Notes: generated by a model from the letters alone, not told the origin. Positions 41,116 through 52,057 are shown, counted from the first letter of the stretch. The stretch is DNA of 64,000 nt from Candidatus Kapaibacterium sp. (GCA_963664875.1 OY761611.1:2560001-2624000); one strand, 5' to 3'. Numbers and translations are program-made.

Positions 41116-41239
41116 ATCTCTTCTCCTAATTTTTTACAAGCCAATTATTTCTTAATTTTGTAAATTGTTTGGGGTGTATAGAGTTTGTTGAATAAACAAG
41201 CTAACACAATTAATTTTTTGCATTTTAAATTTGTAAATA

Positions 41240-41535
41240 GTGTGATATGTCAAAAATAGATCTTGTTCTTGCCGACGGCTATACTTCGACAAGCTCAGTA
41301 TCCTTTATCGATTGCAGTGAGTTACACAAGTGCAACCGACTGCTTCAGCTGTCGGTAAAACTTGCAAACAGCAAGAAGATGATGCATATTTTGACTTATG
41401 ATACATCCATAATTTAAGTTTTTTGCCTTCATAATAGGTATGACAAGCGAAGTATGGTTGGAGAATCTACCCCGTCAAGCCTGCGGCTTGCCACCCCACT
41501 TCGGCTTTGCTCATTGCATCGCTCAATAGGGGAAT
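41240..41535. repeat. Second MITE-like copy plus REP hairpin upstream of tyrS
   Basis: Core shared with 12465-12534; ccaccc[insert]ctcaataggggaat REP arm. Confidence 0.6.
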
Positions 41536-41590
41536 GAAAACAAACAAACGCAAACTATAACAAAACTAAAATATATCAGAGGTACAAAAT

Positions 41591-42808
41591 ATGTTTCCTT
41601 CCCTAAATGAGCAAATGGATTTAATACGTTCGGGCGCGATAGAAGTTTTGCCTGAAGAAGAGCTTGTAAAAAAAATTGAGAAATCGATAAAAACTAATAA
41701 ACCTATGCGCATCAAACTCGGTGCGGATCCGAGCAGACCTGACTTGCATATCGGACACGCTGTAGTTCTTAATAAGTTGCGTCAGTTCCAGGATTTGGGA
41801 CACACTGCAGTGCTTATCATCGGCGATTTTACTGCTATGATTGGTGACCCGACAGGAAAATCTAAAACTCGCCCACAGCTTACAATCGAAGAAACGAAAG
41901 TAAACGGGCAGTCTTATTTGGATCAGGCGGGTATTATTCTTGAAAAAAGCAAGATGGAAGTGCGCCACAACTCAGAATGGCTTGGAGCTATGAACTTTAA
42001 CGATGTGATTAAGCTCTGTGCTCAATATACTGTTGCTCAGCTTTTGGAAAGAGATGACTTTAGTAAACGTTATAAATCAGGCACACCTATCAGCGTTCAT
42101 GAGCTGCTTTACCCTTTGGCTCAGGCTATGGATTCGGCTGTTATCGAATCTGATGTAGAGCTTGGTGGCACTGACCAAAAATTCAACCTTATGGTCGGTA
42201 GAGACATACAGCGCGCTTACGGCAAAGAACCGCAATGTATCCTGACTATGCCTATTCTCGAAGGTACTGACGGCGTACAAAAAATGTCAAAATCTTTGGA
42301 TAACTATATCGCACTTACAGATGTTCCGCAGGAAATATTTGGTAAAGTAATGTCTATTCCAGATGAACTTATCCCTCGTTATTTGCAATATGCAGCTTTT
42401 GCTCCGGCGGAAGAAGTTAAGCAGATGGAAGAAGGTCTAAAAGACGGTAGTGTTCATCCAAGAAACGCAAAAGTTGACACAGCAATTCGCATCGTTTCCA
42501 AATACCACAGCGAAGAAGCCGGCAAAGCAGCTTTTGAAGAATTTGAAAGAATATTCAAAAACAAAGATATTCCTGATCATATAGACGAAATGGAATTGGA
42601 AACAGAAGACGGCACTATGGGCTTGCTTGATATACTTGCACAAACTAAACTAATCCCTTCCAAAAAAGAAGCAAAACGCATGGTAGAACAAGGCGCAGTT
42701 TCAATCGACAGCGAAAAAACAGACGACCCGTTTGCAACTATCGAACTAAAAGAAAAGAAACTCTTCAAAGTCGGCAAACGAAAATTTTTATATGTAATTT
42801 CGAAGTAG
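41591..42808 (+). CDS. tyrS: Tyrosine--tRNA ligase
   Basis: GADPSRPDLHIGH, GGTDQKFN, KMSKS, C-terminal S4 domain (VGKRKF). Confidence 0.97.
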   Translation: MFPSLNEQMDLIRSGAIEVLPEEELVKKIEKSIKTNKPMRIKLGADPSRPDLHIGHAVVLNKLRQFQDLGHTAVLIIGDFTAMIGDPTGKSKTRPQLTIEETKVNGQSYLDQAGIILEKSKMEVRHNSEWLGAMNFNDVIKLCAQYTVAQLLERDDFSKRYKSGTPISVHELLYPLAQAMDSAVIESDVELGGTDQKFNLMVGRDIQRAYGKEPQCILTMPILEGTDGVQKMSKSLDNYIALTDVPQEIFGKVMSIPDELIPRYLQYAAFAPAEEVKQMEEGLKDGSVHPRNAKVDTAIRIVSKYHSEEAGKAAFEEFERIFKNKDIPDHIDEMELETEDGTMGLLDILAQTKLIPSKKEAKRMVEQGAVSIDSEKTDDPFATIELKEKKLFKVGKRKFLYVISK

Positions 42809-42894
42809 GTTTAAAATATATACCAGTTGCAAATTGAGAAAAGATGATTTGGCAATTTATGCTAAGTCATCTTTTCCCATTTATATATCTAAAC

Positions 42895-44724
42895 TTATTT
42901 CAGAATGTTGAACTTTTCAAACACAGTCTCTGCTCGCGTACTGATTTTAATGATATAAGTCCCGGGAGCGAAATCAGAGACATCTATCTCTTTGGAAGTG
43001 GTTTTTTGGAGCGTTACTCCATTCAAATCAAAAATTTCTATGCTCTTGAAATCATGTTCTGTATAGATGCGGATAAAGTCCGAAGCTGGATTCGGATAAA
43101 TACGAAAATTAGATTTGTTCTCTTCGGATACAGAAACCTCGGCCCATGAAAAATCATCTCCGCTCCAATTTGCAGGATTATTAGTTACAAAATCCAAACA
43201 AGCGCGGTATTTTGGAGTTGTTGAATTGTCTTGTGAAATATATTCTTTCAGTCCCCAAGAACCCCATTTGGAGTATGTGCCGTGTGAGCTGAAAATAACA
43301 CACAGTTTTCCTCCGGCTTTTTTCCATGCATCCAAGTATTTTATATAAGCATCATACATACCTTGGTTTCGATTTGCATCTATAAATAGTGAGGTTAATG
43401 TTTCGTTGTTTTCAGCACCTCCATGACCGACTATATGCTGCCCGGCTTCGTATGACATCAAAGATTTGACTCCATATTTTTCCTGTAAGGTTTTGTAAGC
43501 CTCAAGAGAAGAAATTGCTTCTTCGATAGTGCCGTGTCCGTCTAAGTATTTCCCGTCTAATACCTGTTCTATAACTTTGTCAGATGACCAAGTACTAACA
43601 TCATTTGCATTTTCGGGTGAACCTAACTGATAGCCGAAATAAGGTGCAATTGCAAAAGCATCGGGGACAGTCGCAGATTTTGCAGTTTTGGTGTACCAAG
43701 GCATAATATAATTTTCTACGAAATAGGTATTAACTGACTGCCAAGCAAGAACTCTTTTCAGCGTAAAATTGCTTCCGTTCGCTTTTATGAGCGAATCTGA
43801 TATATCATGGATTTGAGCTGAGCGGTATCCGTAGTAAACAGGAGCCGCCTCCCAATTGTTTGGAGAGTCTGTCAGCCCAAGAGCTCTTGCTGCATCTGCT
43901 GCTTGGACATGAGCATCGAATATTCCGTTCCATACCTCGTTTGAAAGTTCTATATAGATTGTCTTACCTGAGTTGAGATCTTCACAGGCCTGAGCGATAA
44001 ACTCTGCGACAAAATCATCAGATGCTGTTAGTGGAATACAAAACCATGGGTCTGCATTTTGTATATTTACAAGCTCAATCATTGATTCGAGTGGCACTTG
44101 AGAGCGAAATAGATTGTCGTCAGCAGAGTAATCTTCCCTGTTTACAACAGCGGAACCATTGGTTTGCATATAATCCATAAATCTATATACTTTAAAAGGG
44201 CTCAGCAAATCAAGAAATTCTGGAGTATAGGTCTGGCTAAGAGTCTCATGTTCTTTTTTTACTAAACGGACATTCCTTAATGGTTCAGTGGCATCGGTGT
44301 TGTAGAATTTGATAAATAGGAAATAGTCTTCATCCATTCTAATTTCAGCACGGTTGTCAGATTTTGACAGCAGTTGCGGTGAGCTCCAGTGATTAACTAA
44401 CTCCACGTCAGCTTTGCCTTCCCAAGTCAGAACGAAATCCTGATTGATAACTCGAGGGGAGTCCCATATCGGGCATAAAGTTGCATCTGTGCCCGGAAAA
44501 GGATAAGAATTATTTTGTAACTCATGGGACTGAAACCAAGTACCCCAAGTAAGGTCAGCATCTTTAGGGAACCATGCAAGAGAGTGATGGGCAATATTTA
44601 CAAATTGCCAGTCATTTTGCCAAGCGACAGGGCTACCAATGTTAATGCCCAAAGGAGACTTCTCATTTTGGGCAAAAACTGCCACATAGCTAAGTAAGGT
44701 GAGAATGAGTATTTTATATTTCAT
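42895..44724 (-). CDS. Secreted putative glycoside hydrolase ('cellulose-binding protein'-like) with T9SS CTD
   Basis: Signal peptide from ATG 44724; YRFMDY, PWFCIP, YIELSNEVWN, YEAGQH, KWGSWG; YPNP CTD. Confidence 0.7.
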   Translation of the reverse strand: MKYKILILTLLSYVAVFAQNEKSPLGINIGSPVAWQNDWQFVNIAHHSLAWFPKDADLTWGTWFQSHELQNNSYPFPGTDATLCPIWDSPRVINQDFVLTWEGKADVELVNHWSSPQLLSKSDNRAEIRMDEDYFLFIKFYNTDATEPLRNVRLVKKEHETLSQTYTPEFLDLLSPFKVYRFMDYMQTNGSAVVNREDYSADDNLFRSQVPLESMIELVNIQNADPWFCIPLTASDDFVAEFIAQACEDLNSGKTIYIELSNEVWNGIFDAHVQAADAARALGLTDSPNNWEAAPVYYGYRSAQIHDISDSLIKANGSNFTLKRVLAWQSVNTYFVENYIMPWYTKTAKSATVPDAFAIAPYFGYQLGSPENANDVSTWSSDKVIEQVLDGKYLDGHGTIEEAISSLEAYKTLQEKYGVKSLMSYEAGQHIVGHGGAENNETLTSLFIDANRNQGMYDAYIKYLDAWKKAGGKLCVIFSSHGTYSKWGSWGLKEYISQDNSTTPKYRACLDFVTNNPANWSGDDFSWAEVSVSEENKSNFRIYPNPASDFIRIYTEHDFKSIEIFDLNGVTLQKTTSKEIDVSDFAPGTYIIKISTRAETVFEKFNILK

Positions 44725-44836
44725 AGTTTGTCCTTGCTCTAAAGAATAACATTTCAGATATAGACAACACAGACGAACAAAAAGCACTTTTATAGTAAAC
44801 GCCGAGCTGAATTCGGGTAAGAAAAATATCCTAAAC

Positions 44837-44883
44837 AAAAGCCATATTATACTTTATGCGCGTAAAGTATAATATGGCTTTTT
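44837..44883. terminator. Perfect 20-bp hairpin with A and T tails
   Basis: aaaagccatattatacttta-tgcgcg-taaagtataatatggctttt. Confidence 0.6.
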
Positions 44884-45229
44884 CTTATTGTACTTTCAAG
44901 CTCTAAAGTATAATATAGAGATTTTATATTGTACTCAAATCTAAATGTCAAAATCATATAGGATGCTGACTTTCTTTAAGATCACCTTCCCTCTACCGCA
45001 TAACATATACTACTGCAATAAAAGCTTCTGTTTCGCTTGAAATTGCGATTTCGGACTTTTTATAAACCTTGCATTTCATACTATTCTCGCATATAGAATT
45101 ATTCATTAATTGCAATATAAGAAATACCCGTTACCAAGCAATAGGTGCATCGAGAGAAAGAGATGCTTATAAGCACACGACTGGATTCAAATAAGTTATA
45201 ATAAATAGATGTAATTTATGTCAGTATAT

Positions 45230-45262
45230 AAAAAAAGAGGCTTCATTTATATGAAGCCCCTC
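45230..45262 (-). terminator. Terminator of the AIPR-like gene
   Basis: Minus strand gaggggcttcat-ataa-atgaagcctc followed by T7. Confidence 0.7.
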
Positions 45263-45353
45263 ATTTATACTCTCAGGGAATGATATCTTTACAGCAAGGC
45301 TACTCGGATATCAGACCCTATTTTTCCCTTTTTAATATTATCTTATAATATAA

Positions 45354-45389
45354 ACTGTATCTACTGTATCTACTGTATCTACTGTATCT
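45354..45389. repeat. Tandem 9-mer (ACTGTATCT)4 overlapping the stop codon of the AIPR-like gene
   Basis: Four perfect copies read directly. Confidence 0.9.
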
Positions 45390-46722
45390 TATTTACAATA
45401 CGTTCGAAAATAGTTTCAGCTTCATTATAAAAAGCAGCTCCTTTCCCAATTTTGTTAGAGTCAAAATTAATCATTTTGATAAGTTCTACATATTGGGCTA
45501 GCTCTAAGTTAGATAAGTCGATTTGATTTGGATTGGTTATCCATTTTACTTCTTTTGAAACCTCATCATATTTCATTAGGCTTGTAACTCCGGTGACAAG
45601 TGGGTATATGAACCCAAGTGGATATCTATATTTAGATTTTTTTTGAGTAGTTAAAAATGGTACGTCGCAATCTTTTATGGAAACAGCTGAAATACCACCA
45701 AATTTTCCAGGTGTAGGTTTCTTATATAAATCAGGGAATTCAAGGAAAATTTTATCAAAAAACAAAAGTATATCTTCAGTAAGTTTTAAAGCACTTTTGA
45801 CTGTAATATGCTCAAGTATCTTTTTTCCTTTAACTTCTTTTGAGACTTTATCACTTGATATTACTGTATTGAAAAAATCAACACATTTGCTTTTTTGTGA
45901 ATAAATGCTAATTTTATTCAGTGATAAAGGAACAATTTCTTCCTGTTTTGCAGACTCTTTGAGAAATATGAATGGTAGCGTGGCCATACTTATGACATCT
46001 TCAGATCTAATTCTTCCTTTTTCTCCAGTTTTCCAAATTATTGGAAAATCTTTTAACAATTCTTCCAAAACATCATAGAATCCATCTTTATAGCCCTTTG
46101 CAGTGTCTTTTAACTGGATATTATTATTCCTTGCTGAACATATTTCAGAAAGATAGTCATAGTATTGCGTGTCTGAATTGTCTTCTGATGTTGGAGTAAT
46201 AATTTCTATAGGAATGGAAAATTGAAATAGTTCTTCGTTTTCTTCGAATCGCTTTTGTATTTCTTTGAAGTTGGAATCCCAAAATTTTTTACACTCTTCC
46301 CATTTCTTTATTTTTAATTTTTTATCTTCAAATAGAATCTCTAAGATGTAAAGTGCAATAGCAAACGTATTGTGTCCTCCGTCCATTATACCTTCATAAT
46401 CATGATCATCTAAAGAAATGCGTACCCTATTGCGTTCTAATTCTTCACACTTCTTAGTCGCTAATAAAATGCCTTTGGTTTTTAACCACAGCAGTTCAGG
46501 ACTAACATCAAGAGTCTCATGAATGGCCTTAGTAATTTTATTAACCGTAGCATTGCGCGGATTAACTTTATTGTCTGCATATTTAACTAGTTCTATAAAA
46601 TTTGCAGGGGAGATACTAGAAACTATTTTTCTAATCTTAATATTCTCTTTAGAATATTGAGCAGTGTTAGAAGTATTCAACTTCAAAATTAGGGAGTTAG
46701 TTTGTGGTTGGTGCATTTTCAT
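45379..46722 (-). CDS. AIPR-like (ParB/DndB superfamily) protein
   Basis: NPR motif, TKGILL, GIMDGGHNT, ICSARNNNIQ; gene visibly more AT-rich than its neighbours. Confidence 0.6.
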   Translation of the reverse strand: MKMHQPQTNSLILKLNTSNTAQYSKENIKIRKIVSSISPANFIELVKYADNKVNPRNATVNKITKAIHETLDVSPELLWLKTKGILLATKKCEELERNRVRISLDDHDYEGIMDGGHNTFAIALYILEILFEDKKLKIKKWEECKKFWDSNFKEIQKRFEENEELFQFSIPIEIITPTSEDNSDTQYYDYLSEICSARNNNIQLKDTAKGYKDGFYDVLEELLKDFPIIWKTGEKGRIRSEDVISMATLPFIFLKESAKQEEIVPLSLNKISIYSQKSKCVDFFNTVISSDKVSKEVKGKKILEHITVKSALKLTEDILLFFDKIFLEFPDLYKKPTPGKFGGISAVSIKDCDVPFLTTQKKSKYRYPLGFIYPLVTGVTSLMKYDEVSKEVKWITNPNQIDLSNLELAQYVELIKMINFDSNKIGKGAAFYNEAETIFERIVNKIQ

Positions 46723-47097
46723 AATGCTCTCCTACTTTTATAAATTGATTAAAGTAGGCATTGAATAATAGATATTATATCAATACCAATAACATTTCAG
46801 TTATATTACCGTGACTTTATCCAAAGTCTAAACTGATTATCCAATCAGCTATATCTAATTACAACCCAACATACAAAAAAATCTTTTCAAATCCAAATAA
46901 ATATTATGATTATTTAATGCCTGAGTATGTATTTATAATTGTATTGTAAAGTCATGAATCTATAGCAAAGTAAAGAATGTCTTTGTATTATTACTCAAAT
47001 ATGAAATATTCTGAATTTGCTTTGAGGTGTGGCTTTTTTCCTTAATTTTGTCATAAGCTTTTAAATACTAATTATTTGCAATCGGAGAATCAATATA

Positions 47098-48297
47098 ATG
47101 AGTTTCAAATCTATTGCTCCTGCTTTAAGAACAGCTAATGTTACTTATGCAATCAGAGATATCATTGTTTTGGCTAATGAAGTTGCTAAAACAGGCAAAG
47201 AAATGTTTTATTTGAATATCGGTGATCCTAACATCTACGATCACTCAACTCCTGAGCACGTAGTGGAAGCTACTGCTAAAGCGATGAGAGATAACCTAAA
47301 CGGTTACGCTCCGTCTGCAGGTATCGCTCCGGCTATCGAGTCTATCAATCGCGATGCTAATAAAAAAGGTATTCATAACATCCTTGATACTTTCATCACT
47401 TCAGGTGCGAGTGAAGCTATCGAGATTTGCCTTGCAGCTTTGCTCAACAAAGGCGAAAACTTCCTTATGCCGACTCCGGGTTATCCTCTTTACACTGCTG
47501 TGCAGGCTAAATTGGAATTGGAACCAAACCCTTACTATTTAGATGAAGAAAACGGCTGGCAGCCTGATATAGATGACATCAAAGCTAAAATCAATGATAA
47601 AACGCGTGCTATCGTGCTTATCAATCCAAACAATCCAACAGGTTCTATCGCTAAGAAAGAAACATTGTTGGAAATAATTGATTTAGCCATCAAACACAAT
47701 CTTGTGATTTTTGCTGATGAAATCTATGACAAACTAATCTTTGATGATAAAGAATTGGTTTCTATCGCTTCTTTGAATCAGGATGTAAGCTGCATCACTT
47801 TCTCCGGTATGTCTAAAAACTACGTTGTGCCGGGTTATAGAATTGGCTGGGGCGTTGTTTCAGGTCGTCAGGAAGTATTAGGCGATTACATCGAAGCAAT
47901 CAATAAGCTATTAAGAGCTCGCGTTTCTGCTAACCACCCTGAGCAATATGCTATTATGGCTGCTTTGGACGGCGACCAGACTCACCTGCACAACATGGTA
48001 AAAACTATGCAGAGAAGACGCGATTTGACTATGGAAATGGTTAATCAAATCGATGGTATCGAATTAGTTAAACCTGAAGGTGCATTCTATGCATTTGCTT
48101 CTATAGATGTAGATGATGATGCAAAATTCTGCGCTGAGCTTATCAGAGAAACAGGCGTTATCGTTGTGCCGGGTAGTGGCTTCGGTCAAAAACCGGGAAC
48201 ACAGCACTTCAGAACAGTATTGCTTCCTCAAGAAGAAGTAATCAAAAAAGCATTTGAACATATCGCTGATTTTTATAAAAAATATAAAAACAGATAA
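47098..48297 (+). CDS. PLP-dependent class I/II aminotransferase (AlaA-like alanine aminotransferase)
   Basis: LNIGDP, INPNNPTG, ADEIYD, SGMSK..PGYRIGW, PEGAFY, PGSGFG. Confidence 0.9.
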   Translation: MSFKSIAPALRTANVTYAIRDIIVLANEVAKTGKEMFYLNIGDPNIYDHSTPEHVVEATAKAMRDNLNGYAPSAGIAPAIESINRDANKKGIHNILDTFITSGASEAIEICLAALLNKGENFLMPTPGYPLYTAVQAKLELEPNPYYLDEENGWQPDIDDIKAKINDKTRAIVLINPNNPTGSIAKKETLLEIIDLAIKHNLVIFADEIYDKLIFDDKELVSIASLNQDVSCITFSGMSKNYVVPGYRIGWGVVSGRQEVLGDYIEAINKLLRARVSANHPEQYAIMAALDGDQTHLHNMVKTMQRRRDLTMEMVNQIDGIELVKPEGAFYAFASIDVDDDAKFCAELIRETGVIVVPGSGFGQKPGTQHFRTVLLPQEEVIKKAFEHIADFYKKYKNR

Positions 48298-48688
48298 GAA
48301 AAATAGAACAATAGCATAGACTATCTTTAGGAGGAGTGTGATTTTATCACGTTCCTCCGATTTATATCACCCAACTTTTCATTCTATTCCTATATCCATG
48401 TTGTCTTTTGAAATGATTTATCTCTTCCACCTTAATTTCGCTGCAATCTTCTGATTTCAATTCTTAGCTACCGTTTGCACTCTTTTCTTCATTATTACGA
48501 TTACAAAGTTTGCCAAAGTAATTGTGTGATTTATATTTATATATTATAAATATTGAAATTATTATTTTTAGTTGATTAGTGCAATAAATATGATAAATAT
48601 ATTTGTATTTATATGTATATTTGCAAAATGTAATTCATAGTAATATTAGTTTGCACTATTTATTTAACCTATCATAAAAGGGAATCTT

Positions 48689-49222
48689 ATGAAAACACTG
48701 ATTATCTCAGCTTTGCTTTTAATTTGTAGTAATTCTGTTTTTGCTCAATCTCCGGCTAAAAGATTAGAACCTAAGCCCGAAAACAAAACAATTACTGCAG
48801 AGTACTTTGAGACTATAAATATTGGATATACAATTTCAACAAAATCTGCTATGTGGGATGCTGACAACCTTGATTTGAATATTTTTAATCTCGGGGTAAA
48901 TGGTTTTTTCAAATTTGAAAATTCAATTATACTTGGTGGGTTAATAGATTTTCAATGGTATATCCCCGGAGAAGGTGATAGTTTTACTGCTGCTACAATT
49001 GCTCCTGCTTTTGGTGCGCATATAGGCAATTTCGATGGTTTTCAAGTTATTGCATACGGTCATATTGGTCCAGCAACTATTAGTATTGATGGAGAGAGAG
49101 AGTTAAGCGTGCACTATGGGATGCACTTAGGTATAGGCTTTAATATTGTAATGATTGAACTTTCAAATAATGGAATTGGTGGTATCGAATCAACTTCTGT
49201 TGGTCTGAAAATAAAAATATAG
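48689..49222 (+). CDS. Exported protein, probable small outer-membrane beta-barrel
   Basis: Signal peptide VFA-Q; alternating amphipathic Gly/aromatic strands; C-terminal SVGLKIKI strand. Confidence 0.5.
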   Translation: MKTLIISALLLICSNSVFAQSPAKRLEPKPENKTITAEYFETINIGYTISTKSAMWDADNLDLNIFNLGVNGFFKFENSIILGGLIDFQWYIPGEGDSFTAATIAPAFGAHIGNFDGFQVIAYGHIGPATISIDGERELSVHYGMHLGIGFNIVMIELSNNGIGGIESTSVGLKIKI

Positions 49223-49434
49223 GCAAATACCTTATTTTTCTAGAATTTACTTACCTACAGCTTTGAGTGTAAACTTGAAGCTATTTTTTTTTGTATTTAT
49301 CTTTTATACCAGTACTTAATATCAATATATAATCCATATAGTTGATAATTATTTAATTTTATGCAAGAATTTATGTAACTTTATTTTGTCTTGCGTGTCT
49401 TCTACATAAGTAAATATTCCAATTACTTAAAGGT

Positions 49435-50586
49435 ATGGCTATGCGGTATTTTTACATATTCCTTTCATTCATAATCTTGATGCTTGTTTCATGCGGTGAG
49501 GATAGCACTCAGCCACAAATAAACGAGGATTTGATAATAACACTTTCCGGTTTTAGTCCCCAGAAGCAGGCAATCGGCAGAACAATTTATATCTATGGCG
49601 AAAAGTTTGGCACAGACAAAAACAAAATTGAGGTTCTGTTTGATAAGACACAGGCAAGGATTCATTTCCTAAGTGACAAAGTGATTGAGGTAAAAGTCCC
49701 TACAAATATTGCTCAGGAATCTAATATTTACATCATAAAAGACAATTATAGATATCGAGTGCCAGAAACCTTTACTGTTTCGGAAACAGCAAACAATTCA
49801 ACGATTCTTCATCACTTTACTCCGAAAAGTCAATCAATTGGTAAATATATTGTAATCTATGGTAGCGGCTTTGGAAAGATAAAAGATGACCTTAGGGTAT
49901 ATTTCGATAATAAAAAGGCAAATATCATAAACTTCGGAGATTGCTTTATAGAAGTTCAGGTTCCGTATGGAATTAACCATAAATCTGTAATATCAGTTAA
50001 AACAAATGGTTCAAAATTTGACGCAATTGAACCATTTACTCTTATATCTGAAGAATTGGAATTTGATTCGGTGAGAGTAAGTTCTAAAGGTATTATAGCA
50101 AAATCTGAAGATGAGAGTTATTTCGACCAGACAATAAACTTTACAGTATCCAATTATTCAAAGCACTATTACAAATATACTTTCGAAAGTAAATTTGGAC
50201 AAACGCAGAATGAAGGAGGATATTTAGATTTAATAAAACGAATTGAGTTTGTACTTGATGAAGAATCACAGCAAATAAAGGATATAGAAATATACTGGGA
50301 ATATGATTTTGAGTATAGAACACCTTATGTTTTTGAGTATGAAAACCATACAAGAAAATTTGAATTTGACGATTTGAAATACACATACAAAAATCAGAAA
50401 CTTAGTATATCTCTTAATCAGGAACAGTTCGAAAATGCGATTAATTATTGCTATGATTATCATAAGTATCAATATTCAAGTGAATATACAGCAGATCCTC
50501 CCATATATATTCGATTTGAAGCAGAAAACTCATATGTTTTACTCTATGGATTTGAGCTAAACATAGAACTTTTTATAGCACAATAA
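49435..50586 (+). CDS. Lipoprotein with two IPT/TIG domains
   Basis: Lipobox LVSC then GEDST; FSP...IYG..FG...V.VP twice. Confidence 0.8.
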   Translation: MAMRYFYIFLSFIILMLVSCGEDSTQPQINEDLIITLSGFSPQKQAIGRTIYIYGEKFGTDKNKIEVLFDKTQARIHFLSDKVIEVKVPTNIAQESNIYIIKDNYRYRVPETFTVSETANNSTILHHFTPKSQSIGKYIVIYGSGFGKIKDDLRVYFDNKKANIINFGDCFIEVQVPYGINHKSVISVKTNGSKFDAIEPFTLISEELEFDSVRVSSKGIIAKSEDESYFDQTINFTVSNYSKHYYKYTFESKFGQTQNEGGYLDLIKRIEFVLDEESQQIKDIEIYWEYDFEYRTPYVFEYENHTRKFEFDDLKYTYKNQKLSISLNQEQFENAINYCYDYHKYQYSSEYTADPPIYIRFEAENSYVLLYGFELNIELFIAQ

Positions 50587-50599
50587 GCGGAGAGAAGAA

Positions 50600-52057
50600 A
50601 TGAAGATAAGATTTTATATATATACTTTTCTTGCTCTCCTAATTGGAGCATGTGGAGAAGATAATCCTGTAACAACTATTGATGTTGAACCAAACTACTC
50701 GGGAAATACCAAACTTGTTCTTGATGGAAATATTAGCAATAATAATTTATGCCGGGGAGAAGTGTTGGAAATCTATGGAAAAAACTTTGATAAAAATTTA
50801 GCTGCATTGAAGGTTTATTTCAATAAAACACGTGTTGGGATATTGTCTGCCACTAATGAAGTATTAAAACTTAGAACTCCTTATATGTACGATTCTGTGG
50901 GGCAAATAACAGTTGTTGCATATGGTGATACACTAAGTTCCGAGCACACGGTACGATTTAATAATAACTTCTGTCTAAATATAGATAAACTCAGCAAAGA
51001 TGAAGTTTCTACAGGAGAAACTATTACGGTATATGGAGAGGGATTTGAGAAATATGATGGAGTTCTTACTGCAGAAATTGATAGAGTAAGTCTTCAGCCG
51101 GTAATAACAAGTGATAACGAATGTCAATTAACTATTCCAAGTCTCTCAGACGGTGATAAAAAGATTGTATTTGAAATAGGTGGCTACTCATTTAATACAC
51201 TAGACATAAAAATTAGATACCCTTTTGAAGTTGAAAATATAGAACCAAGCATTTTATATAGAGGTGATATCTTTACTATCACAGGCAGCGGATTTGGGAC
51301 TAATTTGAGTGATTATATTGTATTGTTCGAATGTTATACAAATGGTGCTTTTGAATTGGCAGAAATCACATCCTTAAATGATAACAAGATTGCTATAAAA
51401 GTGCCTGAAACAGCGATAATAGGATATCCAAAGTTCAAGATTATATTGAAAGGCACTGAACTAATATTTGAGGGTAAACTTAGAATTGTTCTTAGTAATT
51501 ACGATTATAAAAATGTAGAGGTTTATATGAATGGGCTTCAGACGGAAGTGCATCAAAAAGGGGTGATATTTATGGAGGAAATAGATAGATATGAATTTCG
51601 TAACATATCAGAAATTAGTAAAAACCTAACAGCAAATACTATCTGGAACGGAGATAGTATTTCATGGCAGAACCATACTAAAAATGATAATGGCTATGGA
51701 AATGTAACGGAATGGACAGATGATGTTAAAATAATATTAGACAGCACAAATAAGCTTGTTAAGTATTTTGGCATGAAAAATCGCTATGATCATCAAGATT
51801 CAGGTCATAATTCAGGAAGTTCTGGGAACGAATATTCAGTTATACAACTTACAAACATACCATATGTAGATTTAAATAATCAAATTGAAATTACATTAGA
51901 TAAAAATACTATCGATCTAGATAAATTCAATTTTATTTGGCACAAATATTATCGATACCGAGATTATACTGAAGTTATTACGGACTACTCTGAAGACAGT
52001 ACCGGCGAGCTTGAGTTTGACGATGACTTTGTGCTGACTTTCAGACTTTCGAAGTAA
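50600..52057 (+). CDS. Lipoprotein with three IPT/TIG domains
   Basis: Lipobox IGAC then GEDNP; IYGKNF, VYGEGF, ITGSGFG repeats. Confidence 0.8.
   Translation: MKIRFYIYTFLALLIGACGEDNPVTTIDVEPNYSGNTKLVLDGNISNNNLCRGEVLEIYGKNFDKNLAALKVYFNKTRVGILSATNEVLKLRTPYMYDSVGQITVVAYGDTLSSEHTVRFNNNFCLNIDKLSKDEVSTGETITVYGEGFEKYDGVLTAEIDRVSLQPVITSDNECQLTIPSLSDGDKKIVFEIGGYSFNTLDIKIRYPFEVENIEPSILYRGDIFTITGSGFGTNLSDYIVLFECYTNGAFELAEITSLNDNKIAIKVPETAIIGYPKFKIILKGTELIFEGKLRIVLSNYDYKNVEVYMNGLQTEVHQKGVIFMEEIDRYEFRNISEISKNLTANTIWNGDSISWQNHTKNDNGYGNVTEWTDDVKIILDSTNKLVKYFGMKNRYDHQDSGHNSGSSGNEYSVIQLTNIPYVDLNNQIEITLDKNTIDLDKFNFIWHKYYRYRDYTEVITDYSEDSTGELEFDDDFVLTFRLSK

Noticed and set aside
41420-41590. T-box riboswitch upstream of tyrS
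   Set aside because: No T-box consensus seen; the hairpins belong to the REP family.
44975-45120. Short Cys-containing minus-strand frame MNNSICENSMKCKVYK after a TATATTGC motif
   Set aside because: Only about 31 codons; may be a small pseudogene, but evidence is insufficient.
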